From NCBI GenBank assembly GCA_037189525.1, contig JBBCJC010000001.1, positions 800,001 through 864,000 on the forward strand: a DNA stretch of 64,000 nt, read 5' to 3'. The position numbers and the translations under genes are program-made. Position 1 is the first letter of the stretch. Each line of letters opens with the position of its first letter. Below the pieces are notes generated by a model, which was not told the origin of the DNA, made no database searches, and worked only from the letters and a program-made list of their open reading frames with translations. Shown in pieces: positions 7,795 through 17,877 of this stretch. The stretch is from Gemmatimonadales bacterium (GTDB taxonomy: Bacteria; Gemmatimonadota; Gemmatimonadetes; Gemmatimonadales; GWC2-71-9).

Positions 7795-10233
7795 ATGTCG
7801 ACCCTGCTTCGCGACCTCAGGCATGCCGTCCGGATGTTGGCCCGACGGCCGGTTTTTACTCTGGTGATCATCGGCACCCTCGCCCTCGGTATCGGACTCA
7901 ATACCGCGGTCTTTTCGGCCGTCGACGCGCTGATCCTCCGCCCGTTGCCCGGCGTCGATCGGCCTAACGACCTGCTCCAGCTCTATCGGAAGTGGCCCGG
8001 ATCGGAGCACGGATCGAACTCCCCGGCGCACTACATCGACGTGCGCGATCGCACCAAGGATGTCTTCTCGAACGTTGCCGCCTGGTCGATCGAAGTGCTC
8101 AACCTCTCGGCCGATGGTCAGCCGAGACGGATTTTCGGAATGATCGCATCGGCCAATTACTTCACGATGCTCGGCGTGGTACCACGTCAGGGCCGACTCT
8201 TCGTGCCGGAAGAAGACGTCGGAGAAGGCGCGCATCGCATCGTCGTCCTGAGCCACAAGGGCTGGGTCGACTCCTTCGGGCGCGATCCGAACGTGTTGGG
8301 GCGCTCCATCCTGCTCAACGGGATCGGCTACACCGTCGTGGGCATTGCCCCCGAAGAGTTCCGGGGCACCATGCCGATCATCACGCCCACCCTGTGGATG
8401 CCCTTCACCCAGATCGCCGAAGCGCGGCCCGGGAGCAACAATTCGTTTCAGACGCGGGGCAACAACTTCCTCAACGTGATCGCGCGACCCGCAGCGGGTG
8501 TTTCGGCCGGGGCAATCCAGGGCAGGCTCGAGGCGGTCAGCCAGCAGCTGCGCGAGGAATATCCGGACAGCTATCGGGATGCGAGCATCAGTATCGTCCC
8601 GCAGTCGGAGGCGGGGTTTCATCCCGAGGTGCGCGACGCCCAGTACGGTTTGACCTCGATCGTCATGGCCGTCGTCGTGCTGCTGCTCCTGATCGCCTGC
8701 GTCAACGTGGCCAACCTCCTGCTGGCGCAAGCGCGGGAGCGGACCCGCGAAATGGCGATCCGCCTGGGACTCGGCGCCAAGCGATCGGTCATCATTCGCC
8801 AGCTCCTGACCGAAAGCGTGTTGCTTTCGATCGTGTCCGGCGCCATCGGTGTCGTGCTCGCCTGGTGGGCCATCGGGCTGGCCAATCAGATTCGCCTTCC
8901 CGTGGTCGTGGACATGACCCCGGGCCTCGAGGTCAACACCACCGTCCTGCTCTTCACGCTCGGCGTGTCGGTGCTGACCGGGCTGGTGTTCGGCCTGGCG
9001 CCCGCGCTGCAGGCAACCCGCCCCGATCTGATACCGGCCTTAAAGGGCGAATCGCCCTCCGGAGGCAGCCGCTCGCGGTTGACCCGCGGTCTCGTGGTTA
9101 CCCAGGTAGCGCTGTCGATCATCCTGCTGGTGTCGGCCGGGCTCTTCCTGCGCAACCTCGAACACGCCACGCAGGTCGACAAGGGTTTTGACAGCAGCAA
9201 CCTCCTGATCGCCGACTTCGACCCCGGCCTGCAGGGCTACTCACGCGCCCGCAGCGAACAATTTTATCAGCAGCTCACCGAGCGGATCAGGGCCAATCCC
9301 GCGGTGGCGGGCGTAGCGCTGATCAACGACGTGCCGCTGGGCATCGGTAACAGCGACTGGGGCGTACAGATCCCGGGCTATATGCCGCAGCCCACCGAGC
9401 GAATGTCGATCGACGTAGCCATCGTGTCTCCCGACTACTTCAGCGTGATGGGCACCCGCCTCACGGCCGGTCGTGAGTTCAGGGCGACAGACGACAGCTC
9501 CGCAGCCCGCGTCATGGTCATCAATCAGCGCTTCGTCGATCGGTTCTGGCCCGGCCAGGATGCGATTGGCCGGACCGTTCGTACCAGCGGGCGCGACTAC
9601 ACCGTGATCGGCGTAGTCCCGACCGGGAAGTATCGCCGACTGGGTGAGCCGCCGACCGCCTTCATGTGGCTTCCCCAGTCGCAGGCCTGGCAATCGGGCA
9701 TGTCGCTGCATATCCGGACCAGCGGCGATCCGCTCGCGCTCTCGTCGCTGGTGCGGAGTGAAGTGGCATCGCTCGATGCCAACCTGCCGGTCAGTAATAT
9801 CCGATCGATGGAGCAGCATCTCGGCATCGCGCTGCTACCCGCGCGGATCGCGGGGAGCGTACTGGGGCTCTTCGGCGTGCTGGGCCTGTTCCTCGCCTCG
9901 ATCGGGATCTATGGCGTGATGTCGGGCGCTGTCGTACAGCGAACCCGGGAAATCGGCATCCGGATCGCGATCGGGGCGGCGGGGAGCGCCATCGTCAGGC
10001 TGCTGGTCCGGGAAGGGCTCGTGCTGGTGGGAATCGGAACCGGAATCGGCCTGGTCGGTGCGCTGGCGGCGTCCCGGCTGATCCGCGGCATGCTCTACGG
10101 AGGTAGCGGAATCGATCCGGCCACGTTCACCGCCGTTCCGCTGATCCTGGGCGCGGTGGCGCTCCTGGCCATCTGGATTCCGTCGCGCCGGGCCTCGACC
10201 GTCGATCCGATCGAGGCGCTGCGCAGGGAGTGA
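7795..10233 (+). CDS. ADOP-type duplicated MacB/FtsX ABC permease without an adjacent ATPase
   Basis: LRDLRHAVRML, TLALGIGLNTAVFS, LIACVNVANLLLA, RTREIGIRIAIGA, C-terminal VDPIEALRRE. Confidence 0.9.
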   Translation: MSTLLRDLRHAVRMLARRPVFTLVIIGTLALGIGLNTAVFSAVDALILRPLPGVDRPNDLLQLYRKWPGSEHGSNSPAHYIDVRDRTKDVFSNVAAWSIEVLNLSADGQPRRIFGMIASANYFTMLGVVPRQGRLFVPEEDVGEGAHRIVVLSHKGWVDSFGRDPNVLGRSILLNGIGYTVVGIAPEEFRGTMPIITPTLWMPFTQIAEARPGSNNSFQTRGNNFLNVIARPAAGVSAGAIQGRLEAVSQQLREEYPDSYRDASISIVPQSEAGFHPEVRDAQYGLTSIVMAVVVLLLLIACVNVANLLLAQARERTREMAIRLGLGAKRSVIIRQLLTESVLLSIVSGAIGVVLAWWAIGLANQIRLPVVVDMTPGLEVNTTVLLFTLGVSVLTGLVFGLAPALQATRPDLIPALKGESPSGGSRSRLTRGLVVTQVALSIILLVSAGLFLRNLEHATQVDKGFDSSNLLIADFDPGLQGYSRARSEQFYQQLTERIRANPAVAGVALINDVPLGIGNSDWGVQIPGYMPQPTERMSIDVAIVSPDYFSVMGTRLTAGREFRATDDSSAARVMVINQRFVDRFWPGQDAIGRTVRTSGRDYTVIGVVPTGKYRRLGEPPTAFMWLPQSQAWQSGMSLHIRTSGDPLALSSLVRSEVASLDANLPVSNIRSMEQHLGIALLPARIAGSVLGLFGVLGLFLASIGIYGVMSGAVVQRTREIGIRIAIGAAGSAIVRLLVREGLVLVGIGTGIGLVGALAASRLIRGMLYGGSGIDPATFTAVPLILGAVALLAIWIPSRRASTVDPIEALRRE

Positions 10234-10236
10234 TGA

Positions 10237-10479
10237 TTACGCCGGCTGTTTCTTGAGCCAGCGGTAGGCGACGAGGATGACGACGGCGCCGATCACCGAA
10301 CCGATGAAGCCGACGTTGGGGTTCATGCCAAGCACGCCGAAGAGCCAGCCCCCCACGACCGACCCGCCGATGCCGAGCAGGGTCGTGATGATGAATCCGC
10401 CCGGTTCCTTCCCGGATACCAAAAGCTTGGCCACAGTACCGACGATGAAGCCGATCAGGATGGTCCAGAGCAGTCCCAT
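10237..10479 (-). CDS. GlsB/YeaQ/YmgE family (transglycosylase-associated) small membrane protein
   Basis: 80 aa with three hydrophobic helices; IIGxxxGxxAK...PGGFIITTLLGIGGSVVGG pattern. Confidence 0.88.
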   Translation of the reverse strand: MGLLWTILIGFIVGTVAKLLVSGKEPGGFIITTLLGIGGSVVGGWLFGVLGMNPNVGFIGSVIGAVVILVAYRWLKKQPA

Positions 10480-10806
10480 GGTGCCTCCGACAAAATGAGC
10501 GTTCTCGAAAATCGGGGGCCCGATCCGCGACCCCGAAGCCCTTCATACGCGAGAAGGACCGGGATTGTGTCAGGTCAGTCGGCCTGACCGCGATTCGCCG
10601 AGGACTGCAGTAAGTCGCTGAGGGCCATTGGCCCCCACCCTCGCCGATCCGGGCAGTCCCGGTCCGGACTCCAACGCACTATCTCCAATACAATCAATGA
10701 CTTGCCCTCAGTGCCCCAGGTATCCTGGCCGACCGGAACCGGACTCGAAACCGGCACGAGATCTGCTCGGATCTACCGGTGCAATTCTCCTCAGAGGGAG
10801 TCCTTC

Positions 10807-11253
10807 ATGAAGCCCAACATCGTGGTGGCGCGGTTCCTGGACGGCCGGATTCTCAAGGGATCGAGTCTCAACGTAGATCCGAGTCGGCCGACCTTCCATC
10901 TTCGCACCGAGGACGGCGAGGCCGTCGTTGTCCGGCTTCAGGACCTGAAGGCGCTCTTCTTCGTCAAAGACCCGGGTGGCAACGCGGAGTTCCAGGAATC
11001 ATTCGAAGCCACCCCGGGCGATGCCCGCCTGGTCGGCGCCAGACGCATCTCCGCCAGGTTCGAAGACGGCGAGACCATCGTCGGGATGACCAACCGATGG
11101 CCGGTGACGGGCGACTCGTTCTTCATGGTACCGATCGATCCGAAGAGCAACAACCTCCGGATTCTGGTCAACCGCACGGCGGTAACGCAGATCGAACGAG
11201 TCGACGCCGGAGCCGCAGTGTCCGCCGCGGCTCCAGTCGTCGGGCAACGCTGA
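10807..11253 (+). CDS. Conserved hypothetical protein with internal duplication
   Basis: ATG after GGGAG; two similar halves (VVARFLDGRILKG / ISARFEDGETIVG). Confidence 0.7.
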   Translation: MKPNIVVARFLDGRILKGSSLNVDPSRPTFHLRTEDGEAVVVRLQDLKALFFVKDPGGNAEFQESFEATPGDARLVGARRISARFEDGETIVGMTNRWPVTGDSFFMVPIDPKSNNLRILVNRTAVTQIERVDAGAAVSAAAPVVGQR

Positions 11254-11257
11254 CGAC

Positions 11258-12946
11258 TCAGCGAGGCGGCCGCTGAGCGTCGCGCGCCGCCTTGAACTCG
11301 TTGCCGGGCCGCCACTCGGGGAATCGATCGCCCTGAGCCAGCCAGTAGCCGACCATCAGCACCAACTGCAGGTCCTCCACCGCACCGTCCATCCGCCAGA
11401 ACGGTTTGACCTCGTCCGTCGGCTTGTGATAGTCCTCAGCGATGTAATGCTCACGGGCCTTGGTACCGTAGTCCGGCGACTCTCCCACGAAATCGACGCC
11501 GCCATCGGTGTAGAGCGCCGGGACGCCCACCTTGGCAAAGTTGAAGTGATCCGAGCGATAGTAGTAGCCCTTTTCCGGTTCGGCATCCGGACGCACCACC
11601 CGTTTCTGGATCGCGGCCGCCGCCTGCACCTCGTCGTCGAGCTCCGAGGCGCCGAGCCCGATCACCGTCACATCGCTGGTGCGGCCGGCGACGTTGACGC
11701 CATCGACATTGATGTTGGCCACCGTCTTCGCCAACGGATAGAGCGGTCGCTCCGCATAGAACTGTGAGCCCAGCAGGCCCTGCTCCTCGGCGGTCACCGC
11801 CAGCATCAGCACCGAGCGGCGCGGGGGCTGGGGAAGCGCCTTGAAGGCCCTGGCAAAGGCCAGCAGCGCCGCGGTACCGGTCGCGTTGTCCAGGGCGCCG
11901 TTGTAAATCGAGTCGTTGCCGACCTTGGCGCCGATGCCGAAGTGGTCCCAATGTGCCGTGTAGATGACGTACTCGTCCCGACCCGCCGGATCGCTTCCCG
12001 CCAGCTTCGCAACGACGTTCCGGGATTCGACCGTTCGGCGTGCCGACTTGAGGTTCATCGACGCCGTCATGCCGAGCGGGACCGGAGCAAACTCCCGGGT
12101 GGCCGCCCGCGCCTTCAGCTGATCGAAATCCTGCCCGGCAAGCGCAAGGAGCGACTTGGCCTGATCGAGCGTGATCCACGCCTCGATCTTGGACCGGCTG
12201 GCATTGTTGTCCGGCGCAATGATGTTGAACCGCTCGCCGCCCATGCCCTGCACCACGGCAAAGGGATAGCCGGCCGGCTCCGTCTCATGCACCAGGATCA
12301 CGGCATCGGCGCCATGCCGCATTCCCTGCTCGTACTTATAGGTCCAGCGGCCATAATAGGTCATGGCCTTGCCGCCGAACACCGTGGAGTCGAGCCCGCT
12401 CGGGTTCTTGGGATCGGGAACGGGCGGATCGTTGACCAGCATGACCAGCGTCTTGCCCTTGGCGTCGAGCCCCTTGAAATCGTCCCACTCGTACTCGGGC
12501 GCCTGGACCCCGTAGCCGACGAACACCATCTCGGAATTGCGGATGGACACATCCGTCACGTGACGGGTCCAGCCGACCACGTCGTCCCGGAACCGAAGCG
12601 TCCGCGACTGGGCGCCCCGCCGGACCACCAGGGTCGAATTCGGATCAGGGGTGATGCCAACCAGGGGGACTTTCTGGATGAAGCTGCCATCCGGGTTGCC
12701 CGGCTCGAAGCCGATGGCGCGGAACTCCCGTTCGAGAAACTCGACCGTCCGATCCTCGCCGAGCGTGCCGGGACCGCGGCCCAGGAAGGCGTCGGACGCC
12801 AGAATCTTGATGTCGGCGAGCAGTTGGTCTCCCGAAATGGCGTTCAGGGCCGCCTCGGGAACCGTCGGCCGCGCTGGGCCTGAGCCGTCAGCCTTGGGGC
12901 CGCACCCCACCAGCGCCAGAACTACCGCCGCACTCAGTATTCGCAT
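11258..12946 (-). CDS. M28 family metallopeptidase lipoprotein with PA domain
   Basis: Lipobox LALVGC, YTAHWDH, NGALDNATG, TAEEQGLLGS, RSDHFNF, DYHKPTDE. Confidence 0.9.
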   Translation of the reverse strand: MRILSAAVVLALVGCGPKADGSGPARPTVPEAALNAISGDQLLADIKILASDAFLGRGPGTLGEDRTVEFLEREFRAIGFEPGNPDGSFIQKVPLVGITPDPNSTLVVRRGAQSRTLRFRDDVVGWTRHVTDVSIRNSEMVFVGYGVQAPEYEWDDFKGLDAKGKTLVMLVNDPPVPDPKNPSGLDSTVFGGKAMTYYGRWTYKYEQGMRHGADAVILVHETEPAGYPFAVVQGMGGERFNIIAPDNNASRSKIEAWITLDQAKSLLALAGQDFDQLKARAATREFAPVPLGMTASMNLKSARRTVESRNVVAKLAGSDPAGRDEYVIYTAHWDHFGIGAKVGNDSIYNGALDNATGTAALLAFARAFKALPQPPRRSVLMLAVTAEEQGLLGSQFYAERPLYPLAKTVANINVDGVNVAGRTSDVTVIGLGASELDDEVQAAAAIQKRVVRPDAEPEKGYYYRSDHFNFAKVGVPALYTDGGVDFVGESPDYGTKAREHYIAEDYHKPTDEVKPFWRMDGAVEDLQLVLMVGYWLAQGDRFPEWRPGNEFKAARDAQRPPR

Positions 12947-13138
12947 TCCCGATTCCTCATGAATTTTCGCCCGCAACCGGCGCTTACGCCGACTGCTCTC
13001 GGACAACGTGGGTTTCGTATGAAAGCCGGTGACAACCGCCCGGTCGTCTTTCAATAGTACTGCTCAACCGGGAGGGGCCCAAGACGCGTTCTGAACCGCC
13101 GAACTGTCCTGTCGCTGCGAATGAGGTATGCTTGAGAG

Positions 13139-13543
13139 ATGACCGCCCGTCGCCAGAAGGACAAACCGCCGGCCTCGACCCGGCAGGCGAAGCCCGGCTC
13201 GTCCAGCTACGCCACGATCTACGCCGCCGTGCGCCGAATCCCGCGCGGGAAGGTGATGAACTATGGCGCTGTGGCGACGCTCGCCGGACTGCCTGGTCAC
13301 GCCCGCCAGGTGGGCTACGCGATGCACGCCCTGCCGGCGGGCACCACGGTACCCTGGCATCGCGTGGTCAATGCGCAGGGAGCGATCAGTCGCCGCGCGC
13401 ATCCCGGCAGCGAATTGACCCAGCGCGTCCTGCTCGAACGGGAGGGTGTGCGATTCAACAGCGCCGGTCGGATCGACCTCGAAACCTACGCCTATCGTCC
13501 CGGGCGACGGACATCACGGAAGCGACCCGGCAAAACCGGCTAA
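13139..13543 (+). CDS. Alkyltransferase-like (ATL, MGMT family) protein
   Basis: IPRGKVMNYGAVA, ARQVG, and PWHRVV (Trp in place of the catalytic Cys of PCHR). Confidence 0.88.
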   Translation: MTARRQKDKPPASTRQAKPGSSSYATIYAAVRRIPRGKVMNYGAVATLAGLPGHARQVGYAMHALPAGTTVPWHRVVNAQGAISRRAHPGSELTQRVLLEREGVRFNSAGRIDLETYAYRPGRRTSRKRPGKTG

Positions 13544-14038
13544 CCAGCTCCAGACACCCTGAAACACGGTCACGGCCGCCCAGACCACGCCGACCACCGT
13601 CCCCAGCACGCCCGCGGTCACCGCACCAAGCAGCAGGGCGCTCCGCCGCCGAGTCCGGCGTGGAGCCAGACGCCATGACTCGAGCAGGTCGAGGTTCCGC
13701 CGGTTGGCCTTCCAGCCGATGTCGAACAGGTCGCCGAGCAGGGGAACCAGCCCGACCAGGGCGTCGACCCCGATATTGAAAAGCATCCGGCCGGCAATCG
13801 GGACCCCAACGCCCAGCCGGATCGAGGCAAGCACCAGATACGCGCTGACGACGGCCCCGGCAGCATCTCCGATACCCGGGATCAGACCGATCAGGCCGTC
13901 GAGCCCGATCCGGATACCCGTCCCCGGGATGGCAACGGCCTCGTCCATGAACCGCACCAGGGTCCGAAGCCGCTCTACCTCGCGCTCCTCGGCCTCGCCC
14001 GGCTCCGCCAACCCCTGCCCCGTGTCATCGATCGCCAT
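13514..14038 (-). CDS. DUF4112-like membrane protein
   Basis: MDEAVAIPGTGIRIGLDGLIGLIPGIGD...GLVPLLGDLFDIGWKANRRN signature. Confidence 0.85.
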   Translation of the reverse strand: MAIDDTGQGLAEPGEAEEREVERLRTLVRFMDEAVAIPGTGIRIGLDGLIGLIPGIGDAAGAVVSAYLVLASIRLGVGVPIAGRMLFNIGVDALVGLVPLLGDLFDIGWKANRRNLDLLESWRLAPRRTRRRSALLLGAVTAGVLGTVVGVVWAAVTVFQGVWSWLAGFAGSLP

Positions 14039-14147
14039 AGCTGTCTCCCCCGTGCCCGCTGAATTGTAGCGGTCACGCCGGAACATGCGGACCTCCGGCG
14101 TCTGACAACCAGTCCCGAAACCGTCACCCCTGGTCGAAGGGGGCAAA

Positions 14148-14187
14148 TTGACAGGTCTGACTAGACTAGTCATGTTGATAACATGAC
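14148..14187 (+). promoter_or_regulatory. Toxin-antitoxin promoter with two overlapping palindromic operators
   Basis: TTGACA at 14148; TGACTAG-A-CTAGTCA (14158-14172) and GTCATGTT-GAT-AACATGAC (14169-14187), the latter covering the antitoxin ATG. Confidence 0.65.
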
Positions 14188-14455
14188 ACGACGCTACTCC
14201 CTTTACGAGGCTAAGGCCCGGCTCTCGTCTCTCGTCCGGATGGTGCGCGAAGGCCAGCACGTCGTCATCACGGTCCATGGCGAGCCCGCCGTCGAGCTTC
14301 GGCCCGTGAAACCGCCGCCGCCGGACCTCGCGACCCGGCTGGCGCGACTCGAGGAGCGCGGTGTCCTCGTGCGGCGACCCGTCACTGCGGTAGCGCTCGA
14401 GCCTGCCGCCCGTCGACCCGGCGTGGTGGCTCGCTTCCTTGCCGACCGCGACTAA
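14183..14455 (+). CDS. Type II antitoxin, Phd/YefM family
   Basis: YSLYEAKARLSSLVRMVREGQHVVITVHGEPAVEL, a typical Phd N-terminus; 1-nt overlap with the PIN gene. Confidence 0.9.
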   Translation: MTRRYSLYEAKARLSSLVRMVREGQHVVITVHGEPAVELRPVKPPPPDLATRLARLEERGVLVRRPVTAVALEPAARRPGVVARFLADRD

Positions 14456-14835
14456 TGGCCTTCGGATACGTCGACACGTCGTATATCGCGGCCATCGCGT
14501 TGGGCGAACGCGGCAGCAACGCACTACGGCGACGGGCGGCGCAATTCGACAGCCTCCTCTCCTCGAATCTTCTCGAGGCTGAGCTGCGCGCCACCTTTCA
14601 ACGAGAAGGTGTCCAGGGTGAGCCGGCGGTGCTCGCGGTCATTTCCTGGATCGTTCCCGACCGGCCGCTGAGCCAAGAAATCGCGCGCGTACTGGAAACC
14701 GACTATCTCCGCGGCGCCGATTGCTGGCACTTGGCCACAGCCCTCTATCTCGCCGACGATCCCGCCAGTCTGACCTTTCTCACCCTGGACGAGCGCCAGC
14801 GCGCCGTCGCCAAAAGCCTCGGCTTCCCGGTCTGA
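14455..14835 (+). CDS. Type II toxin, PIN domain (VapC-like)
   Basis: YVDTSY, LLEAEL, LRGADCWHLATA, FLTLDERQ acidic PIN residues. Confidence 0.88.
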   Translation: MAFGYVDTSYIAAIALGERGSNALRRRAAQFDSLLSSNLLEAELRATFQREGVQGEPAVLAVISWIVPDRPLSQEIARVLETDYLRGADCWHLATALYLADDPASLTFLTLDERQRAVAKSLGFPV

Positions 14836-14999
14836 TCCGGGCTGGTGCCGCAACCGCGGTACCGGCTCCGTCGTAGGGTCGGACTTCCGGCCCGCGGAAC
14901 CGGCGGGCGAGCCCTGACCCAACCAAAGCCGGATCCGGCACCCGATTGAACCAAATTACGGGCCCGGGTGTCCTATCTGTTACCGAGTTCGGAGCGTTC

Positions 15000-15563
15000 A
15001 TGGACCACAATCCGGAGGCGGGCCTGATAACCCGGGTCCTCGGCGGTGATCGTCTTGCCGCGAGGGAGCTCTATGACACCCATGCCCGGCGAGTCTATCG
15101 GGTGATCTATCGACTGGTGGGAGACGACGTGCTGGCAGAAGAGTTTACCCAGGACACCTTCGTGAAGGTCTTTCGCGGGCTGGCAGGCTTCCGCGGACAC
15201 TCCCAGCTGGGCACCTGGATCCATAGCGTCGCCGTGACGACCACCATGAACGGGCTCCGGACCCTACGCCGCCGCTCCACTCGGGAGTTCGCGCTGGAGA
15301 CGGCGGCCGACATGCCGGCGCCAAGCCGGACGGTCGAACCCGATTTGAAGGACCGGCTGACGGCGGCCATCGATGCCCTGCCCGAAAAGTTCCGGGTGCC
15401 GGTCGTGCTGCACGATATCGAAGGCTTCACCCACGCCGAGATCTCCAGCATGCTCGGCGTACCGGAAGGAACCTGCAAGACGCGGCTGATGCACGGACGA
15501 GCCAAGCTCCGGCAGGTGCTGGCCCCATTTCAAGGTGTAGGTGGGACGGAGGTACCCTCATGA
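15000..15563 (+). CDS. ECF RNA polymerase sigma factor
   Basis: AEEFTQDTFVKVF, FRGHSQLGTWIHSVA, region 4 LHDIEGFTHAEISSMLGVPEGTCKTRL. ATG after GGAG. Confidence 0.92.
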   Translation: MDHNPEAGLITRVLGGDRLAARELYDTHARRVYRVIYRLVGDDVLAEEFTQDTFVKVFRGLAGFRGHSQLGTWIHSVAVTTTMNGLRTLRRRSTREFALETAADMPAPSRTVEPDLKDRLTAAIDALPEKFRVPVVLHDIEGFTHAEISSMLGVPEGTCKTRLMHGRAKLRQVLAPFQGVGGTEVPS

Positions 15564-16168
15564 ACGAACAGGAACTCGAACGCTTGCTGCGCGAAAGCGG
15601 AGATCGCTACCGGATTCCGCCCGAGCCGCGACTCGATGCCATCTGGCGCCGGGTCGAGCACGCCACTTTCGACGCGCCGGCGCCGGTCGTTCGGCGGCCC
15701 TGGCTCGGTCCGTTGGCGCTGGCGGCCACGCTCGTGATCGGCGTCGGCTTGGGCTTTGGCGCCTCGCGACTCGGCTTCGGGTCACGCAGTGTCGAACCGG
15801 CCGAGCCCGTCGTCGCCAGCGCGCCGGCGCCCAACCCGTTCGTCGGTGTGGCGGGTGACTACCTGCAGCAGACCAGCGCGCTGCTGGCGGCCGTGAGCCA
15901 TGACCCGTCCGGCGATGCCTTCATTCCCGGCGCCATCGATCGCGCCCGCGAACTGCTCTCGACGACGCGCCTCGTCCTCGATGCCGGAATCACCGACCCG
16001 GCGCTCCGCGATCTGCTCGAAGATCTGGAACTGGTGCTGGTTCAGATCGTTCGTCTGCCACAGAATCGCCCCGCTGCGGACGCGCAGCTGATCAACGAAA
16101 CCCTGGACCAGCGCGACGTGATGCCCCGGCTCTCGCTGTTCCTGACCAATGCCAGCCTTGCTCCATGA
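15560..16168 (+). CDS. Putative membrane-anchored anti-sigma factor
   Basis: ATGA-coupled to the sigma gene; single TM segment (LALAATLVIGVGLGFG). Confidence 0.65.
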   Translation: MNEQELERLLRESGDRYRIPPEPRLDAIWRRVEHATFDAPAPVVRRPWLGPLALAATLVIGVGLGFGASRLGFGSRSVEPAEPVVASAPAPNPFVGVAGDYLQQTSALLAAVSHDPSGDAFIPGAIDRARELLSTTRLVLDAGITDPALRDLLEDLELVLVQIVRLPQNRPAADAQLINETLDQRDVMPRLSLFLTNASLAP

Positions 16169-17877
16169 AGGAACCTGTCATGTCTTCGATTTACACCACC
16201 GCGCTCCTGGTCGGCCTGCTGCCGTTTGGCCTTGCTGCGCAACGGCCGGCGCCGCGGCCTGCACCATCGCGAGCGCCCGCTGCCGCTCCAGCTCCGCGAC
16301 CGTTCCCGGCGCCGGCGGCTCCGGAATGGTCCCACTGGGAGATCGTTCCCCATGCTCCCTGGAACATCGATCACGATGTCGTGGTCGACCTCGACCTGAA
16401 CATCAGAGCGATGGCGTTCGACTTCAGTCTCGACGGGGTTCCGGTCGCCCCCATGGCGCCGCTTGCTCCGCTCCCACCGAGCCCGGCCTTCTCGAAGGAC
16501 GCCTGGGCCAGCTGGGCTCCCCACGGGCTGAATGCCCTTCCGGGACTCAACAAACAGAGCGGACCCGACGACTCGCTCTATCGGCGCGCTCGCGAGACCC
16601 TCAACCGGGGTGAGTACCGCCAGGCCGCGGAACAGCTGCGCTCGCTGGCCCAGCGCTATCCCAACTCTCGGCACGTTTCGTCGGCGCTCTACTGGCAAGC
16701 GTTTGCCCTCTATCGCGCAGGGTCGGATGCCGAACTGCGTCAGGCCATCGAAGTGCTCGACGAGCAACAGAAGCGGTTCACCAATCGGCGGGAAGACGAC
16801 GACGTCAACGCCCTGATGACCCGGGTCGTCGCCACCCTCGCGACTCGAGGTGATTCCCGCGCCGCCACTCGCGTGCGTGAACGGGCAGCACAGGGCGGAC
16901 CGTCGTGCGACCAGGAAGATCTGTCGGTCCGCGCCGAGGCGCTTGGCGCGCTGGTACAGTCGGACCCGAGCGCCGCGACGACATTGCTGCAGCGCGTCCT
17001 GGCACGGCGCGACGAATGCTCGGCGCCGCTCCGCCGCCGCGCGGTCTATCTGATCGGCCGTGACGGCATCGGCGGCGGTGTTCCCGAACTGACCGAGATC
17101 GCCAAGAACGATCCCGACCTCTCGGTTCGGCGGGATGCCATTGCCCGGCTGGCGCAGCTGCCCGGAGGCAATCCGCTGCCGCTCCTGGAGCAGTTGCTGA
17201 TGAGCACGGACGAGTCAGGCCAGCGCGCCATCGTTCAGTCGCTGCGCAACATCGAAGGAACCGAGACCAACCGCGCCCTCCGCCGCGTCATCGAACGCGA
17301 GGACCTCGCTACCTCGGTCCGGGTCGAGGCCATCCGCAGCCTGGGACGCTGCTGCGGTCAGGTGCAGGTTCAGCCCGCCCGGCAGAGCGGTGTCACGGTC
17401 GCAGGCCGCACCGTCGTCACGGTGGGGCACGGTCGCTCGGGATCGACGCTGACCGATGCCGATGTCTCCTTCCTGCGCACCGTCTACGATCGCAGCGGTG
17501 ACCGCGAGATCAAGACGGCCGCCCTCGAAGCGGTGGCCGGATCGAACAGCGGTTCGGCCGATCAGTGGGTCATGAGCATCGTCCGCAACAGTAAAGAGGA
17601 CATCCGGTATCGCCGCTCGGCCCTGCTCCGGCTGCGGCGCTCCGATGTCCCGGTCGAGGAATTGGGCAAGCTGTACGACACACTCGACGAGCGCGAGCTC
17701 CGCTCCACCATGGTCAGCATCCTCGGCGCGCGGGAGGAGCCTGCCGCGACCGATAAACTGATCGAGATTGCCAAGAGCGGGACCGATCCGAGCATCCGCC
17801 GGATGGCCATCAACGTCCTGGCCAAGAAAAACGACCCCCGCACCACCCGACTTCTGCTCGAATTGGTGGAACGATGA
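16165..17877 (+). CDS. Secreted protein with Pro/Ala-rich linker, TPR-like segment and HEAT repeats
   Basis: Signal-like N-terminus, PAPRP repeats, YPNSRHVSSALYWQAFAL, repeated DPDLSVRRDAI/DPSIRRMAI motifs. Confidence 0.8.
   Translation: MKEPVMSSIYTTALLVGLLPFGLAAQRPAPRPAPSRAPAAAPAPRPFPAPAAPEWSHWEIVPHAPWNIDHDVVVDLDLNIRAMAFDFSLDGVPVAPMAPLAPLPPSPAFSKDAWASWAPHGLNALPGLNKQSGPDDSLYRRARETLNRGEYRQAAEQLRSLAQRYPNSRHVSSALYWQAFALYRAGSDAELRQAIEVLDEQQKRFTNRREDDDVNALMTRVVATLATRGDSRAATRVRERAAQGGPSCDQEDLSVRAEALGALVQSDPSAATTLLQRVLARRDECSAPLRRRAVYLIGRDGIGGGVPELTEIAKNDPDLSVRRDAIARLAQLPGGNPLPLLEQLLMSTDESGQRAIVQSLRNIEGTETNRALRRVIEREDLATSVRVEAIRSLGRCCGQVQVQPARQSGVTVAGRTVVTVGHGRSGSTLTDADVSFLRTVYDRSGDREIKTAALEAVAGSNSGSADQWVMSIVRNSKEDIRYRRSALLRLRRSDVPVEELGKLYDTLDERELRSTMVSILGAREEPAATDKLIEIAKSGTDPSIRRMAINVLAKKNDPRTTRLLLELVER

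Noticed and set aside
14947..14975. Shared ECF promoter motif (GAACC...GTCC) defining a regulon across the window
   Set aside because: It is plausible as an autoregulatory promoter here, but similar AACC...GTC/GTT motifs near 7607, 13065 and 27504 have inconsistent spacing.
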